Assembly: GCA_964016885.1 (NCBI GenBank)
Contig: OZ024748.1
Coordinates: 13,888,001-13,952,000, forward strand
Reading direction: 5' to 3'
Source of the DNA: Eledone cirrhosa
Taxonomy: Eukaryota
Length of the DNA stretch: 64,000 nt
A model generated the notes under the pieces. The model made no database searches and was not told where the DNA came from. It saw only the letters and a list, made by a program, of their open reading frames with translations. This document shows, one piece after another, positions 44,443 to 59,347 of this stretch. A program made the translations under genes and the position numbers. Position 1 is the stretch's first letter. Every line of letters starts with the position of its first letter.

Positions 44443-44915
44443 CTGAAAAGAAGAAAAGATCAACATCATCGGTAACTACTGAGCCACAGGTTTTATGTCG
44501 GAGTTATCACAGTTTGCTGGGCTGCCTTCTCCTAGATGAATACCCTAACAAAGTCTAGAGGTCCTTCACTCCCAGTGGTTTAAACGTGCGATTGGGTATC
44601 CAGCCAGACTATTTCTATGTCCCCGCGCACCTACATATACACATTCATATATAAATGACATACATATGTACATGTGTATATACATATTGACACATTTTTG
44701 AGTTCTTCCGCCCTTTGTCAGGTTTTGTTTCTTGTCCTCCAGAGTGTCCAAAAATCACCTTCCTCACCAAGTAAACTTGGTGGGTTGCCGGTTTAGTCGC
44801 CGACAACCGACTATGCGACAAGTTGTACTGGGTTACATGTTACCAGTAGCACTCAAGATTGACCCGACATATACATACATACATATATACACACACATAT
44901 ATATACACAAACACA

Positions 44916-45005
<90 letters not shown>

Positions 45006-45053
45006 AATATATTTCTCAATCTGTATATATATGTATATTTTGGTAGATTTATC

Positions 45054-45107
<54 letters not shown>

Positions 45108-45564
45108 AACACACAGATTGAGAAAGATATTCTTTATTAAGGCTAAGTGTTGAGTCTTATTGCTCTGCAATTTCTAATGATGTCTTTCACCATGGTATTA
45201 TAAATAAATGTACCATGTCCGTAACTATGTTTAACCATCGTCAAGGCTCTAGACATTGTAGAACCTAGTTATTAAAATCGCTTTTGGGGTTAATTTCTAA
45301 ATATTTAGAACTGTTCATGGCTTGCTTGTTTAATATCATATATACTAAATAGATTGATTGTGTGAAAAGTGTCTCACCTCATTGCTCCAATGCTAATGTA
45401 GCTTTTCAGTCGAACGTATCATATTAAAATATTTTTTCATTAATTCGTTTTTTTTTATATTATGTTTATTTTTCACATTTTGTTGTTCCTCCATCTCTCC
45501 TCCACTTTCTCACACACCCTATCCTCTTTCTATGCATATGTATGCAAACACACACACACATACT

Positions 45565-45602
<38 letters not shown>

Positions 45603-45653
45603 CACACACACTTCAAACATATATATATATATATATACGTACACACACACACA

Positions 45654-45699
<46 letters not shown>

Positions 45700-46190
45700 C
45701 ACACAGTCATATATATATATATATACAGACATTAACATATAAATATATATATATACATACACTCATATGTATATATACACACAATCACATATATATATAT
45801 ACACACTCACACATATATTATATACACACGCACTCATATATATATGTATACACTCATATTTATATATACACACATATATACACACAATCACACACACACA
45901 CACACACACACACATATGTATGTATATATATATATTTTGAGTATATGTTGGTTGTTTACCGACACCACACATATATATATATATATATATATATAAAGGG
46001 TGAATGAACTCCCTTAGAGTCAACGGTCATTCACACAATCTATGGGATAATAGCGTCACCGACCCCACAATCACATCCAGACCTGATGATTTCGGTTTCA
46101 ACCATGACATAAACAGTGGAGGTCAAACAGGGAGGGATCCCATCAACAGGAGAGACAAGGCGCTTCATTAGATTAGATATATATACGTAC

Positions 46191-46221
<31 letters not shown>

Positions 46222-46228
46222 GTATATA

Positions 46229-46421
46229 ATGTAGGAGGTGAGTGTTATTGTAGTACAATAAAGCAATGCAGATCTTTACTATCCACAAGTGTTTTTTAAC
46301 CTTCATATCATGTCTTCCTATTTTATGTGATGAAAACACAAATGTTATTGCATGATGATATTTGTTTTTGAAATGCGCATAATAAAAGACATGGAACTCT
46401 TTTAACCATCTTTTGATCTTT

Positions 46422-46428
<7 letters not shown>
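46229..46428. mobile_element. HHR element of the 58851-59266 family (core mutated to GTGATGA)
   Basis: Near-identical to 58851-58896 and 59118-59266. Confidence 0.8.
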
Positions 46429-46458
<30 letters not shown>

Positions 46459-46461
<3 letters not shown>

Positions 46462-46577
46462 CGTGGCCCAAAAGTTGCGACACATAAACAAATAATTATG
46501 TTTATTAAGAAACAATTTATTCAAAATAAATAAATATAAAACAATGTTTTTTAATGTATCGTGACTTTTGGGCCACC

Positions 46578-46581
<4 letters not shown>
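46459..46581. mobile_element. Tc1/mariner-type MITE
   Basis: TIRs cagcgtggcccaaaagt / acttttgggccaccctt flanked by TA. Confidence 0.75.
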
Positions 46582-46624
<43 letters not shown>

Positions 46625-46635
46625 GATTTTGAGTT

Positions 46636-47047
46636 TATGTTGGTTGTATACCAACACCTCAGTATGCAGGCTGGAGCACTCGACGAAGTGCGCAGGTTGG
46701 TTTGGTTACTCCGGAGTAGTGTAAAATAAAGTAAAATAAAAGTCAAATGATTAAAATTTAGCTTCGTTTATTACTGCTATATATATTTCAGTGACAGCCA
46801 TCTTTGGCTGTGACGTCTTCAGGCAGTTTGAATTAGTATGGTATAGACAAGTACATATGTTGTTTAGGTGTATAATATTGTCAATACTCTGATATGCCCA
46901 GTTCCTTGTTGGGTGTTATTTCACTGAGGAACTGGAGTCATATGACCTGAAGAGGTCACAGCCAAAGATGGCTGTCACTGAAATATATATAGCAGTAATA
47001 AACGAAGCTAAATGTTAATCATTTGACTTTTATTTTACTTTATTTTC

Positions 47048-47050
<3 letters not shown>
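46636..47050. mobile_element. Second copy of the 35040 family; HHR at 46773-46827 (-) and an inverted HHR restarting at the core, 46947-46996 (+)
   Basis: High identity to 35040-35340. Confidence 0.85.
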
Positions 47051-47090
<40 letters not shown>

Positions 47091-47359
47091 AGAGAGAGAG
47101 AGAGAGAGAATCAGAGTGAAAGAGAGAGATAGTGAGAGAGCCACAGAGAGAGAGAGAGAGATAGATAGATAGTTAGATATGATAAACAGGTATTTGTCTG
47201 TATAATATAGGCTCTCAGGGAGCTGTTTAGTTTGTCTATTTTTCCATATATATATATATATATATATCTATAATATATACATATATTTATAATATATGTA
47301 TATATTTATATATCTATAATATATATCTATATTTATATATCTATAATATATATATATAT

Positions 47360-47398
<39 letters not shown>

Positions 47399-48018
47399 TA
47401 ATGTACGTATATATACTTGTATGAATCTAATATACATATTATATATATGAAATATGGCAAATCTAAGTGTGAGGAGTTAGATAAACACATTTAGTCAGAG
47501 AGACGAAGAGAAAAACAAGATCAAGTTATATTTAAGTGAAAGATTGTAAAAAAGATGGCAATGATATTTTCAATTGTGGAAGCTCTATTCTAAATGACAT
47601 GATGAAGAGATTACACACTGCGCTGACAAGAGTCTTTGCATGTGACTAAAATTTCTATACTTTACTACACGACGTCGGCGGATGTTTTACATGGGAGCTA
47701 GATTCATATCAACTGTTGTGAAATTTAACGCTTTCCCTCTTCTCCGCATACACCTGCATGTGACGCAAGCAAGATTTCCAATGTGCCGTTGGTCACGAGG
47801 CTGTCGTTGCCACGCTGATGCAATTGATAAATGACAGGATGTACTTATACGTACATTTACACGTGCATACTTACACGCACACATATGTATATACACATTC
47901 GCACATATGTATACATAGATATTCATACCCACACACACACACACACACACTATATATATATTCACATACATAAAGTATATGCATGCCATGTATGTACATT
48001 TATATATCTATCTATATA

Positions 48019-48053
<35 letters not shown>

Positions 48054-48154
48054 ATATCTATAATATATATATATCTATATCTATAATATATATATATCTA
48101 TATCTATAATATATATATATATATATCTATAATATATATATATATAATATATAT

Positions 48155-48423
<269 letters not shown>

Positions 48424-48457
48424 TATATATATATCTATAATATATATATATATATAT

Positions 48458-48511
<54 letters not shown>

Positions 48512-48538
48512 AGATAGATATATAAATGTACATACATG

Positions 48539-48569
<31 letters not shown>

Positions 48570-48574
48570 CGATC

Positions 48575-48612
<38 letters not shown>

Positions 48613-48644
48613 CGACTATATATATACATATATATATATATATA

Positions 48645-48928
<284 letters not shown>

Positions 48929-49144
48929 ATAAGGGGCGAGAGATAGATAGATAGAGAGAGTGAGATGTAAAATCCCGTCATTGGGCGACAAACATTTTAT
49001 CTAAAAATGATTTTCCACTTTTTAGGTGAAACACGTGTTGTCAAGTATGGTTTGGTAAGTTTGAAATTAATTCTATACAGATCACGTCCTTTGGACTGAG
49101 TGCTCTACGAACTTTAGCGATAACCTTCTGATTTTGCTTTACGT

Positions 49145-49206
<62 letters not shown>

Positions 49207-49613
49207 TTTCCATTCATTGATATGTCCCAAGCTGATATTTGGTGTTGCTTTCTCAAAGCACCTGTGACAAAGGATATTGCACCCTAGAGCAAAGGATATA
49301 GGAGGCCAATAGCTATTGGTCAGCGATGGTTTCGCCACTATATCATCAATGTTTGCGTGTCGGTGACTATCTAACACATAGTTTAAAATACATATATAAA
49401 TGTATGTATATATATGTTTGTACCTATGTAAGTTATAGCTACTGTAGCTCAGAGAGTGGGATTGGCTCAGTGCCGTCTTTCCTCACTTTAAAACAAGTCG
49501 TCACGCACAGCCTCTGCACGATAGCATTAATAGACAATTATTAATACTGTTAAATCGTACAATGGTCATACTTGATATCGAGGGGGCAGCCATCATCATT
49601 TTATACATATATT

Positions 49614-49675
<62 letters not shown>

Positions 49676-51149
49676 AATTAACTTTTGTATTTCTTACTGA
49701 TTCATCTCGTAATGTGTTGAAGGAAGGATATCATAGACGAGTGTTTTCTTTCCATCTTAGTAATTGAAGCTTTGGTCCCCAGATAGGGCGACCATTCCAC
49801 AAGCCCCACAGCCTCACCTTTCTCCATTCAGGTGATTCCTGTCCAGCCATAATGCTATAAACCCCCACAAAATCCCATCCATATCAATTCCTGTTAATTC
49901 TGTCTATATAAATCAAATCAATTGCGACGTCCAAATCAAATCAAAAGCAACGTCCATACCATTCTTATCTGAGATTTGATCCAAATCTCTCCCCTCACAC
50001 TAGCTTCACTATCTATATATTTCTTTCCCCCTTCTCACTATTTCTCTATCAATCTCTCCCCGTCATCCCTCCCCTCCCTCTCTTTCACTATCCCACCTCT
50101 CTCTTATATATTAGAGCCATTAGTTTGAATGGTTTCTTGAGAACTGACTGAAATATTCTTTGATGTTTTATGAAGTTGGCAGATAAACTTCGTCTTCTAC
50201 TTTTTCGTCTTTCGCCTCCTCCCTCTACTTCGTTTTCCTATTCTTCTTCGTCTTCTTCCTTTCCACATTCATCATCATCATCATCATTGTCGTTATCATT
50301 TTCTTCTCTTGTTAAAGTAGATAATTGATAATTCATGATCTGTCTCAGCGTCCATGTTCAACTGATCAACTGTGTAACAACAACAGTCGTTGTTGATATT
50401 ATGGAAGAAATCATTTTCCGGTTCAGTAACATTTTCAAACTCTTTTGATTTGTAATCTGCATATTCGACTGTTTTTAAACCTCATTCGTTCATATTCTCC
50501 TACAATACAAAGTGGCTCAAACCTCTACCCTTATAAGGTAGACTGTTTTGTTTCCGTATCCATAGTCGTGGAAATATCTGATATTCTGGGTCCCGAAGCA
50601 CCTGTACTTACTTTCTGCAACTGAGATGATGAGGTTGATGGCAACAAACAATGAACCCTATGAAGTAAACTGCCTTCTTGTCAAATCCAAAACGGTAAAA
50701 AAATTTCACAACTTACATCTTTAATCGCCCTCAGAGCTCCCACCCCATACTTACTTGCCTCGATCTAAATAGAGGTGACTATCTCAAAGAACCAGTTATG
50801 CATGTTGGATAGGTTTTATTTCTCGTATCCATATCATTGAAAACCTCTAACATTCTGGAGCCCCGAAACACTTATATCTATCCTGCGATCAGGATGTAGA
50901 ATTACCTATGTCACGAACGATTCCTAGGATTTCCATTGGCTTCTCGTCGAACTCATAGTGCTGGAAACATCTAACATCTACCTCCCTACTTACACACATC
51001 GGGGCGGATTATGACAATCAAGAACAAACCCCTTGAGGTGAATTCGTTTCGTGTTAAATCGAGAATGGGGGAAAAACTGTCAGCGGCCCTGTGTACTTCG
51101 ATCGTTTACTTATTTCTCTCTTTCTCTCTTACTTTCAGAACATAAGCTG

Positions 51150-51458
51150 GCGACATCTGCCTTTGAGAGAGATATATGCCGGCCTCCCACGCATATCTGT
51201 CGTTGTACAGTACGTAAGAGGAGAGTAAGATTTTCTGGCTACTGCCATCGTGCCACCTACGAGGCTGTGTACCCATTGGTACGTTGGAAAGCACAAGCAG
51301 TCACTAATAACAGAGGGCGCAAGCTTTCCTACCCCGATGCCATCGCCAGAGATTCTGATATTGAAATCCAGGATTTGGCAACGGCAATGAACGACAAAGC
51401 CCTGTGGAGATCAATTTTTAAGTCCATTTAGGCTGAGGCCGCCGGATGATGGTGATGA
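51150..51458 (+). mobile_element. RTE-clade LINE 3' fragment with GAT-like tail
   Basis: VRKRRVRFSGYCHR...LVRWK...RGRKLSYPD.IARD...DL..AMNDKALWR, followed by ggatgatggtgatga. Confidence 0.8.
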
Positions 51459-52306
51459 CTTGCAGCGAGCGCGACGGATAATGGCAATCAACAAGAACAA
51501 GTCCCTTGGAGGTGATTTGGTTTCTTGTCAAACCGAGAACGGGGAAAAACTGTGTGTTCTTGAATTCAATCGTTTACTTATTACTTTATGCCATAGGGAA
51601 AATAATTCTCATCGACGAGTGCCATCAGGTGAATAGATTTCTATTAAAACCAAGTGCGGTGGAAACATTTTATAGTTTGTGTCTCTGAACCACCTCCAAA
51701 CTTTCTTGCTTCCATCAAGAATAAGCCATATAGGTTAAACTGTTTTTTCTCTCTCTTACTTCTCGCTTTCTCCCTTAAAAGTCCTCTCTTTCCCTCTTTC
51801 CCCAACACTCTCTCCCCCTCTCTCTTCTATATATCTCTGTCTCATTCCTTTATTTTCTCTCTTACTCCTTCATTTTACATTCTCTTTCTCCCTCTCCCTA
51901 CTATCTCTCTCGTCCCCTATTTTCTCTCTCTCTCTCCCCCCCCCCCCCTCACTACTTTCTTTCTCGCTCTTTTCCATAATCTATCCTTATTTCTCTAACT
52001 CTGTACATATGAGTGAGCGTCCATTTGTATAGAGAGTTACACATTATTTGCTATATTCTCTCCCCCTTCTCTCTCTCCACCGATCTACCCCTTCTCCCCC
52101 TCTCCATTTCGCCCTTCCTCTCTTTCATTTCAATTCCTTTCGCAAATATTGGATTAGCAAATTTAATAAAATATTCGTTTGATGAGGTACAAAATCCCCC
52201 GCCCCCTCCCCGGCATCATCTAACATCTATTTCTTTCTCTTCCTAAACTAAACTTCACTCCGAACCAGCCCGTCCCCCTCTCGGTCCTTTTTCTCTACTC
52301 CCCCCC

Positions 52307-52339
<33 letters not shown>

Positions 52340-52401
52340 AATATGTGTTTATATATATATATATGTGTGTGTGTCTGTGTATGAATATATATACATTGTA
52401 A

Positions 52402-52433
<32 letters not shown>

Positions 52434-52683
52434 CATTTATATACATTTATATATGTATGTGTGTGTCAATATGCGGCACTTGTACATATACAGTATGTAT
52501 GTTTTCCGTATATACGTCAGTTCTGTATACACAAACCGGTATGCAAGATTTTATATATTATTTCCGAAACGTTGCAAGATTTCACAACTTTATCTTCTAT
52601 GTCAACATTACCACATACAACAAACTCCCACCATATTCTCTCTCTCCTCCCTCTCTCTCTCTCTCTCTCTGTCTGTCTCTCTA

Positions 52684-52747
<64 letters not shown>

Positions 52748-53291
52748 TGTCATATATAATTTTTTGTTAGTCCTCTCGCCACATTTCCTCTGTATATGCT
52801 CTCTCTCTCTCTCTCTCCCTCTCTCCCTCTCTCGCTCTCTCTCTCAATATATATATATATATATATGTTTTTAAAGTATTTATTTATTCATATAATCAAC
52901 TTCAATGTTTCCAGTTGTTTATCCAAACTCATAAATCTCATTTGTTGTCTCATGTAATGTATTATTCATTGTTACCACGTTACCTTCATCATGAATTTTT
53001 TTTTTCCAAAATGGCCACCACTGCTCTGGATGAAATCTCTTTATTGTGGAACTTTAATTATAATATATGAGAATACTAGCAGGCGAATTCGAAAATACTT
53101 AGTGAAACCTGCTGCATAGAAACTTAATAGTAAAGTGCGCTATAGTATATATATAATGTTTGCATATTAACACCTTCTTTGTTTTCCAAAATGTCCACGA
53201 CTGTTCTGGATGTAATTTATTTACTGTGAAAGGTTACTTTTAATAAATTGGAATCGCTAGGTATGAGGAATACTCAGGTTACATAGAAACA

Positions 53292-53468
53292 TGAAAGTGG
53301 CTTAGTGGTTAGAGAATTGGACTAGTAAACGTGAGATTGCGAGTTCGATTTCCGGACCGAGCGATGCATTATATCCTTTTGGCAAGACACTTTATTTCAC
53401 GTTGCTCCTTTTGTCAGGAGTTGCGACCCGTAGATAATATCAATTTCTTTAGTCCGATTTGACGACTT
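53292..53468 (+). mobile_element. SINE family 2, diverged
   Basis: A box TGGCTTAGTGG, B box GAGTTCGATTTCC, ggcaagacactttatttcac. Confidence 0.8.
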
Positions 53469-53729
53469 CCACCCAACTCGTAATGTGAATGACGTCTGGG
53501 AACTTGTTGATTGATTGGATCCGTGATATAATCTAGATGTATTTGATCTAAAAAAAGGGTGGGTATTCATAGGGGTTATGTTTATGGCCATAGGATAGAC
53601 TGATCATAGTTGAATAATGGTTAAGAATCATTGCTCTATAGTCCCTTTTATATATGTATTGAGAGCACGGAAATAGAAAGTCGTGACGCTGATACGTTTA
53701 TGTCTCAAACAACAAAACCACCTTCGGCT

Positions 53730-54540
53730 ACAATAAACACAGGAATACCAGCACCAGAATAAACAACAGCAGCAGCAACAACAATATTAACAATGGAATC
53801 AACGACAGCAGCACGAGAATCAACAACAGGTACAACAGCCATACCAGAATCAACAACAGCATCAACAACCGCAGCTTCAGCAATAATAACAGCAGTAACA
53901 GCATCAATAAGAGCTTCAACAACAGCAGCAGTACCAACATTACCAACAATATCAACAACAACAACAACCGCAGCAACGGCTGTAGCACCACCAGCAGCAA
54001 GAAGAGTGCCACCAGCACTTGCAACTCGTAAAAGGACACCAGAATCAGCAAGAGCACTAGAGATAAATACAGTGACAGCAACAACTTACACAAGCAAAAC
54101 ACATGCACCTCCCCAATGAAGCACACTCGGTTATGGGCTGGGGTTAGAGTCAGTAGTGGTAAACTATTAATATAAAAAAGGGAAAGAAACTATCATCCTC
54201 GCCAGGTGAGGGACACGACAAAAAGTGTTTAAGTCAAACAACACACAACTATAAACACCAACCTCAACCTCATCCCCAGTACTAACATCAACAACAGCAC
54301 CAACATCAACACCACCACCAGCACCAACATCAACACCACTACCAACACCAACGTCAACACCACCACCACCAACACAACACCTACAACAACACCAACATCA
54401 ACAACACCAACCCCGACACACAAACCAACACCGACACCAACACCACTCTGCACCCCCACCACCAATAGCAACACAGACACCTACAACATCACAACCTCAA
54501 GCCAACTAGTACCCGCAATTACACCACCACCACCACCACC

Positions 54541-54601
<61 letters not shown>

Positions 54602-54790
54602 CCTTCAGCACCACAGACACCTACGTCACAACCTCAATCCATCTAGTACCCACAATAACACCAGTATCAACAACAACACTCGTACCACCAACAACATTAA
54701 CAACAACAGCAACCCCACCTTCAGCACCACAGACACCAACAACGTCACAACCTCAATCCATCAATAACACCAGTACCAACAGCAACGACC
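53730..54790. repeat. CAA/CAC/CAG-rich low-complexity region
   Basis: Directly visible; Thr-rich frames are interrupted by stops. Confidence 0.8.
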
Positions 54791-54921
54791 AAGGCAAATC
54801 CATCAAAAAGATACCAACTTCCTGATTCCTATGTAAACACAACGCCATCTTGCTATGACTTGTGATTGTAATGTTACTTTTCTCAGATATCCCTCTGGCA
54901 AATAAAAGATATCATCATTAT

Positions 54922-55768
54922 TTTGGCAGTATCGGTAGAGGGTTGGACGCCATGTTTGCAACATAGAGTTACGGCTCTTTATGATCTGAGCTCAAATCCC
55001 GCCGAGGTTAACTTTGCCTTTCATCCTTATGGGGTCGATAAAATAAACTACCAGTCACGCACTGGGGTCGATTTAATCGACTTTCTGCTCCCCCAAATTA
55101 CTGACCTTGTGCCTATATAAGAAACCATTATTATTTTGGCAGTATCGGTAGAGAGTTGGACGCCATGTTTTCTAGCATAGTTACGTCCCTTTACGGTCTG
55201 AGTTCAAATCCCGCCAAGGTTAACTTTGCCTTTCATCCTTACGGGGTCGATAAAATAAGTGCCAGTAAATGTACTGGATAATTGCTGGCCTTGTGCCAAA
55301 AGTAGAAACAATTATTATTATTATTATTTTCATATTGTTTACTCGATTTTTCTGTAACCCCTCCCCTACTGTCACCGCTTATTGTATTGTCCCCTAAATG
55401 TAGGCCCTTGTGGCCAATAATGAAATTATTATTATTATTACCGGCGGTGGATTGGCAGTATCGGTAGAGGGTCAGACGACATGCTTTGCAGCATAGAGTT
55501 ACGGCCATTTACGGTCCGAGTTCAAATCTTGCCGAGGTTAATTTGCCTTTCATCGATACCGGGTCGATGCAATAAAGTATCAGTAATGCACTGGGGTCGA
55601 TTTAATCGTCTTTCCTCTCTCCCCAAATTGCTGGCCTTGTGCTTCTACTAGAAATCATTATTATTATCATTATTACTATTTCATCCTTACGGGATCGATA
55701 AAATAAAGTACCAGTAATGCACTGGTGAAAATAACTGGCCTTGTGCCAAAAGTAGAAATAATTATTAC
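54922..55768 (+). mobile_element. Tandem cluster of four SINE family 1 copies
   Basis: Copies at about 54922-55132, 55136-55315, 55442-55660 and 55679-55768, separated by (ATT)n tails. Confidence 0.9.
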
Positions 55769-56334
55769 AATGTTATAATTATTAATCGTCTGTACCGTCA
55801 TGTGACGTCTGTAATGTTTTTCTTGATGTCAGCACTTGTGGCCAATAAAGAAATCATTTTATAATTATTAATTCATTATTATTATTATTATTGTTGTTGT
55901 TTTGTTATTATTAGTAATATTATATCCATTGATACAGAGATTTGTTGTTGTTTTGTTTCCTAACTGTTCTTATCTTTATCTTTCCTTGTTTTGCTTATGT
56001 ATTCGTTTTAAAAATGTAGTTATTTCTCTATGGTGTTTGAATTTCCTGTTTCATGTTTCCTTCTGACGTTGTTGTTTTATTCCTCAGGGTAAAATAGTTT
56101 TGAGTTTTTGCAGGATATTATCTTAAATATCAAATAAGCGATGTGTTAAGTTGTAATTCTTAAAAAGTCTAATCGATACTAGCATCAAATAAATTGACAT
56201 TTTCAGCGTTGTTACAGCGAATTATATCGTCTCCTTCCTTCTTGTTATATCGTATGTTGTTCACTTAATTTATTCGCTCTACAAGTAATAAAGCTGATTA
56301 CGCGTAGTACTTTCATTCTTTAAGATACTATGAC

Positions 56335-56815
56335 GAAACAGAAGACAGAAGACAGAAAATAGAAGACAGATTATATACAAGTGAGAAACACAGCAGATGA
56401 TAGAAGATATATGACAGGAGACAGTACGATTGAAGGCAGAAGACAGAAGAAAGACGGAAGATATAAGGCAGAAGACAGAAGATAGAAGAGCGTAAGCAGA
56501 AGTCAAAACACAGAAGATAGATGCCAGATTGCAATATACAGAAGGCAGATTAAATAAAAGATAGAAACAAACCAAAAGTTAGAAGAGAGAAGACAGGAGC
56601 CACAAAGACTGGAGACAGGAAGGCGGGAGACAGAGATGGAAGACGGGAGACAGAAAAGCAAAGATAGAAAAGAGAAGAAAGAAGATAAAAGATACTAGAC
56701 AGAAGAAAAAAGATGGAAGACAAAAGACAGAAGATAGAATACGGGCGACGTGGACTGAAAACAAAGGACAGATGCAAGAAAGTAGGAGACAGAAGACAAA
56801 AGGCAGAAAAAAATG
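56335..56815. repeat. Degenerate heptamer repeat (GAAGACA)n
   Basis: Directly visible. Confidence 0.75.
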
Positions 56816-58808
56816 ACTTAAGACCAACCACGAATCAACGAATCTAGCTATCAAAAGTTACTGAAAGATTTTACACAAGTATTTCTTCTTTTGACAACCA
56901 TCTTTACCGTTTTTCTCCAATAAAGATAAAAATATTAAAGTGTTACATCGCTTTGGCTGGGGAGTATAAAACATGTAATTATGTTTTAACATTCTACAAG
57001 ATTATTCATCCGTGTTGGGATTAATAATGTAAAACTTAAGAAAGAATGGTAGTAATTTATTCTGTTTTTTGGTGGGATTGTTAGCCAATTGTATTGAAAG
57101 AAGTATAACAGGTGCAGGAAAACTAATAAATTTAAGGACACAATAACATAACTTTGTCCATTCAAAAGACTTTATCTCTGAGTGAGATGATTTTACAATT
57201 TCATTGATAATTATATTGCTTAAATGTTAAGAAGGTGAGCGCAAATCCTACAATCAATTGAGTAGTTTAGATACAATTCTAATGTATTTAAAGGGGAAAT
57301 TCTATTTGCTTGAAATACCAACCAAATCTGAATAAAAATACATACACTAGTGTTAAATAAAAGGGGAACAATCACAGATAATATAATCCTATGTACTTCT
57401 CACCTAAAAAGAAATGATGAAATTACTTGAGTACAAGGGTATAAATGTATAATTTATAAGGGAGACCGCCATGAATTTTGCATTTTCCAAATCTGTTATT
57501 CATGGTGTACTTGTCACTTAGTTTCAGGACCGCACTCATAAACACACTTCTGACCAAAGAAGTCACTAGTCATGACAATCCTACCTTTTAGTTGCCAGGC
57601 CTAGTATATCTAAGGCCACATTATTTACTGTGTCTTCTTAAATCTTTTAAGACATCGGAGTATTTGAGAGATTTCGCTACTATTTATAGCTCTTTCGATG
57701 GCTCGTTTCAAATGAGTTAACTAAAGTGAAAGATTTGTGTTCAATAGGAAATTACAAGCGATTTGTGTAGTTATTCTACCGGAAGTTTATCATTTGATGT
57801 ATGGCACTTGAGAGAGGAATTTTTATTATAATAATTTCTAATAGAGCAGGAAAGAATTCTTTGGGTGAGAGAGGGAAACAGAAATGCATAAATTCCACCT
57901 CTTTCCTAGGGACATAACATAAACATTAAGGAACTTAAATGACTTCAAGTGAGTAGTAAATGAACTTCTACCTGGTCGACTCACCTACTAACATTAACAA
58001 CCAAAACTTCTCCAAAGTCAGAAACAACTGTCGTAAGATGGTAAGATAGGTTAGATAATGCAATTATAGATACACAAAAGGATGAGTTGGTCACGGCTAG
58101 AAGCCTTTCATCATAGGTATGCTCAATTAACCCTGTCCAAGGGCTAAACCACGAACAGAAGAACACGCTGTAGCTTTATTGCGTGATCTTTAAGGCGAAT
58201 GCACATAATGTGATATTAATTCCTAGCCAACAGTATATAAGCAATGAAGGAGAAGAATGTTAGGGAATAAAAAGATTCCAACTGTCATTTGAAATCCCGG
58301 TGATCTGATTCGCAAAGGATACTTTAAGAAATTGTTTGATCTGTTGGAAATAGAAGTCAAGTCAAATCATTCCATTATCAAATCACGAAACATCGCTTTA
58401 AAAATAAATTTCATGTTGGATGATCTAGGCATAGATATATAAGCAAGGACGATGGCCATGAATCCTGGGTAATGGCTGCAAGAATACAATTGCTAATAGA
58501 AGTAGTCGAAATATTATTCCACGTGTGGAGTAACATTACTCGATAGAGTGCGTAGCTCGGAGATCAGAGTCGCTACTTCTAAAAATATAATAGATCATTG
58601 ATGCGATATTACGGGCATCTGCTTAGAATGTTTAAGGACCGATTCGCTGAACAGATTTCATCGGTAAAATCGAATGGAAAGAGACCGAGGGGTGGACCCC
58701 AAACAAGAGGGTTGGATATCATGTATGAGTTCTGTCACGCCTGAGGATTTAACCGGATCAATTAGAGACAGTTGCTTCTGACACATATACACATACACAC
58801 AAACACAA

Positions 58809-58855
<47 letters not shown>

Positions 58856-58976
58856 GGAGGTGAGTTTTATTGTAGTACAATAAAGCAATGCAGATATCGG
58901 ATAAGAAGCACTCTACAGTTTGTAGGACTGGAGTATACATAATATAAGATCAAAAGATGGTTAAAGGAGTTCCATG

Positions 58977-59047
58977 TATTTTATTATGCGCATTTCAAAA
59001 ACAAACATCATCATGCAATAATATTTGTGTTTTCATCAGATAAAACA
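58977..59047 (-). ncRNA. Type I hammerhead ribozyme (left arm)
   Basis: Reverse complement of 59158-59228. Confidence 0.88.
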
Positions 59048-59157
59048 GGAGAACATGATATGAAGGTTAAAAAACACTTGTGGATAGTGCAGTTAAAACT
59101 GTTGATTTAAAACTGCACTATCCACAAGTGTTTTTTAGGCTTCATATCATGTTCTCC

Positions 59158-59228
59158 TGTTTTATCTGATGAAAACACAAATATTATTGCATGATGATGT
59201 TTGTTTTTGAAATGCGCATAATAAAATA
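59158..59228 (+). ncRNA. Type I hammerhead ribozyme (right arm)
   Basis: tgttttat-CTGATGA-aaacacaaatattatt..gatgatgtttgttttt-GAAA-tgcgca-TA-ataaaata. Confidence 0.9.
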
Positions 59229-59258
59229 CATGGAACTCCTTTAACCATCTTTTGATCT

Positions 59259-59294
<36 letters not shown>

Positions 59295-59347
59295 CAGTTA
59301 ATTGTATATAAGTAAAGAAGCGGTGGAATGTTATGAATTAAAGACAC

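Larger units (their letters stand above)
58851..59266. mobile_element. HHR element as a hairpin of about 330 bp, between (TA)n tracts
   Basis: Arms 58939-59094 and 59111-59266. Confidence 0.88.

Noticed and set aside
46078-46130. CTGATGA at 46083 and CTGAGGA at 58741 as hammerheads
   Set aside because: GAAA is replaced by GACA and the stems are poor; at best decayed copies, so not called
53730-54830. Thr/Pro-rich mucin-like exon
   Set aside because: Frames are interrupted by stops; low-complexity sequence explains the composition
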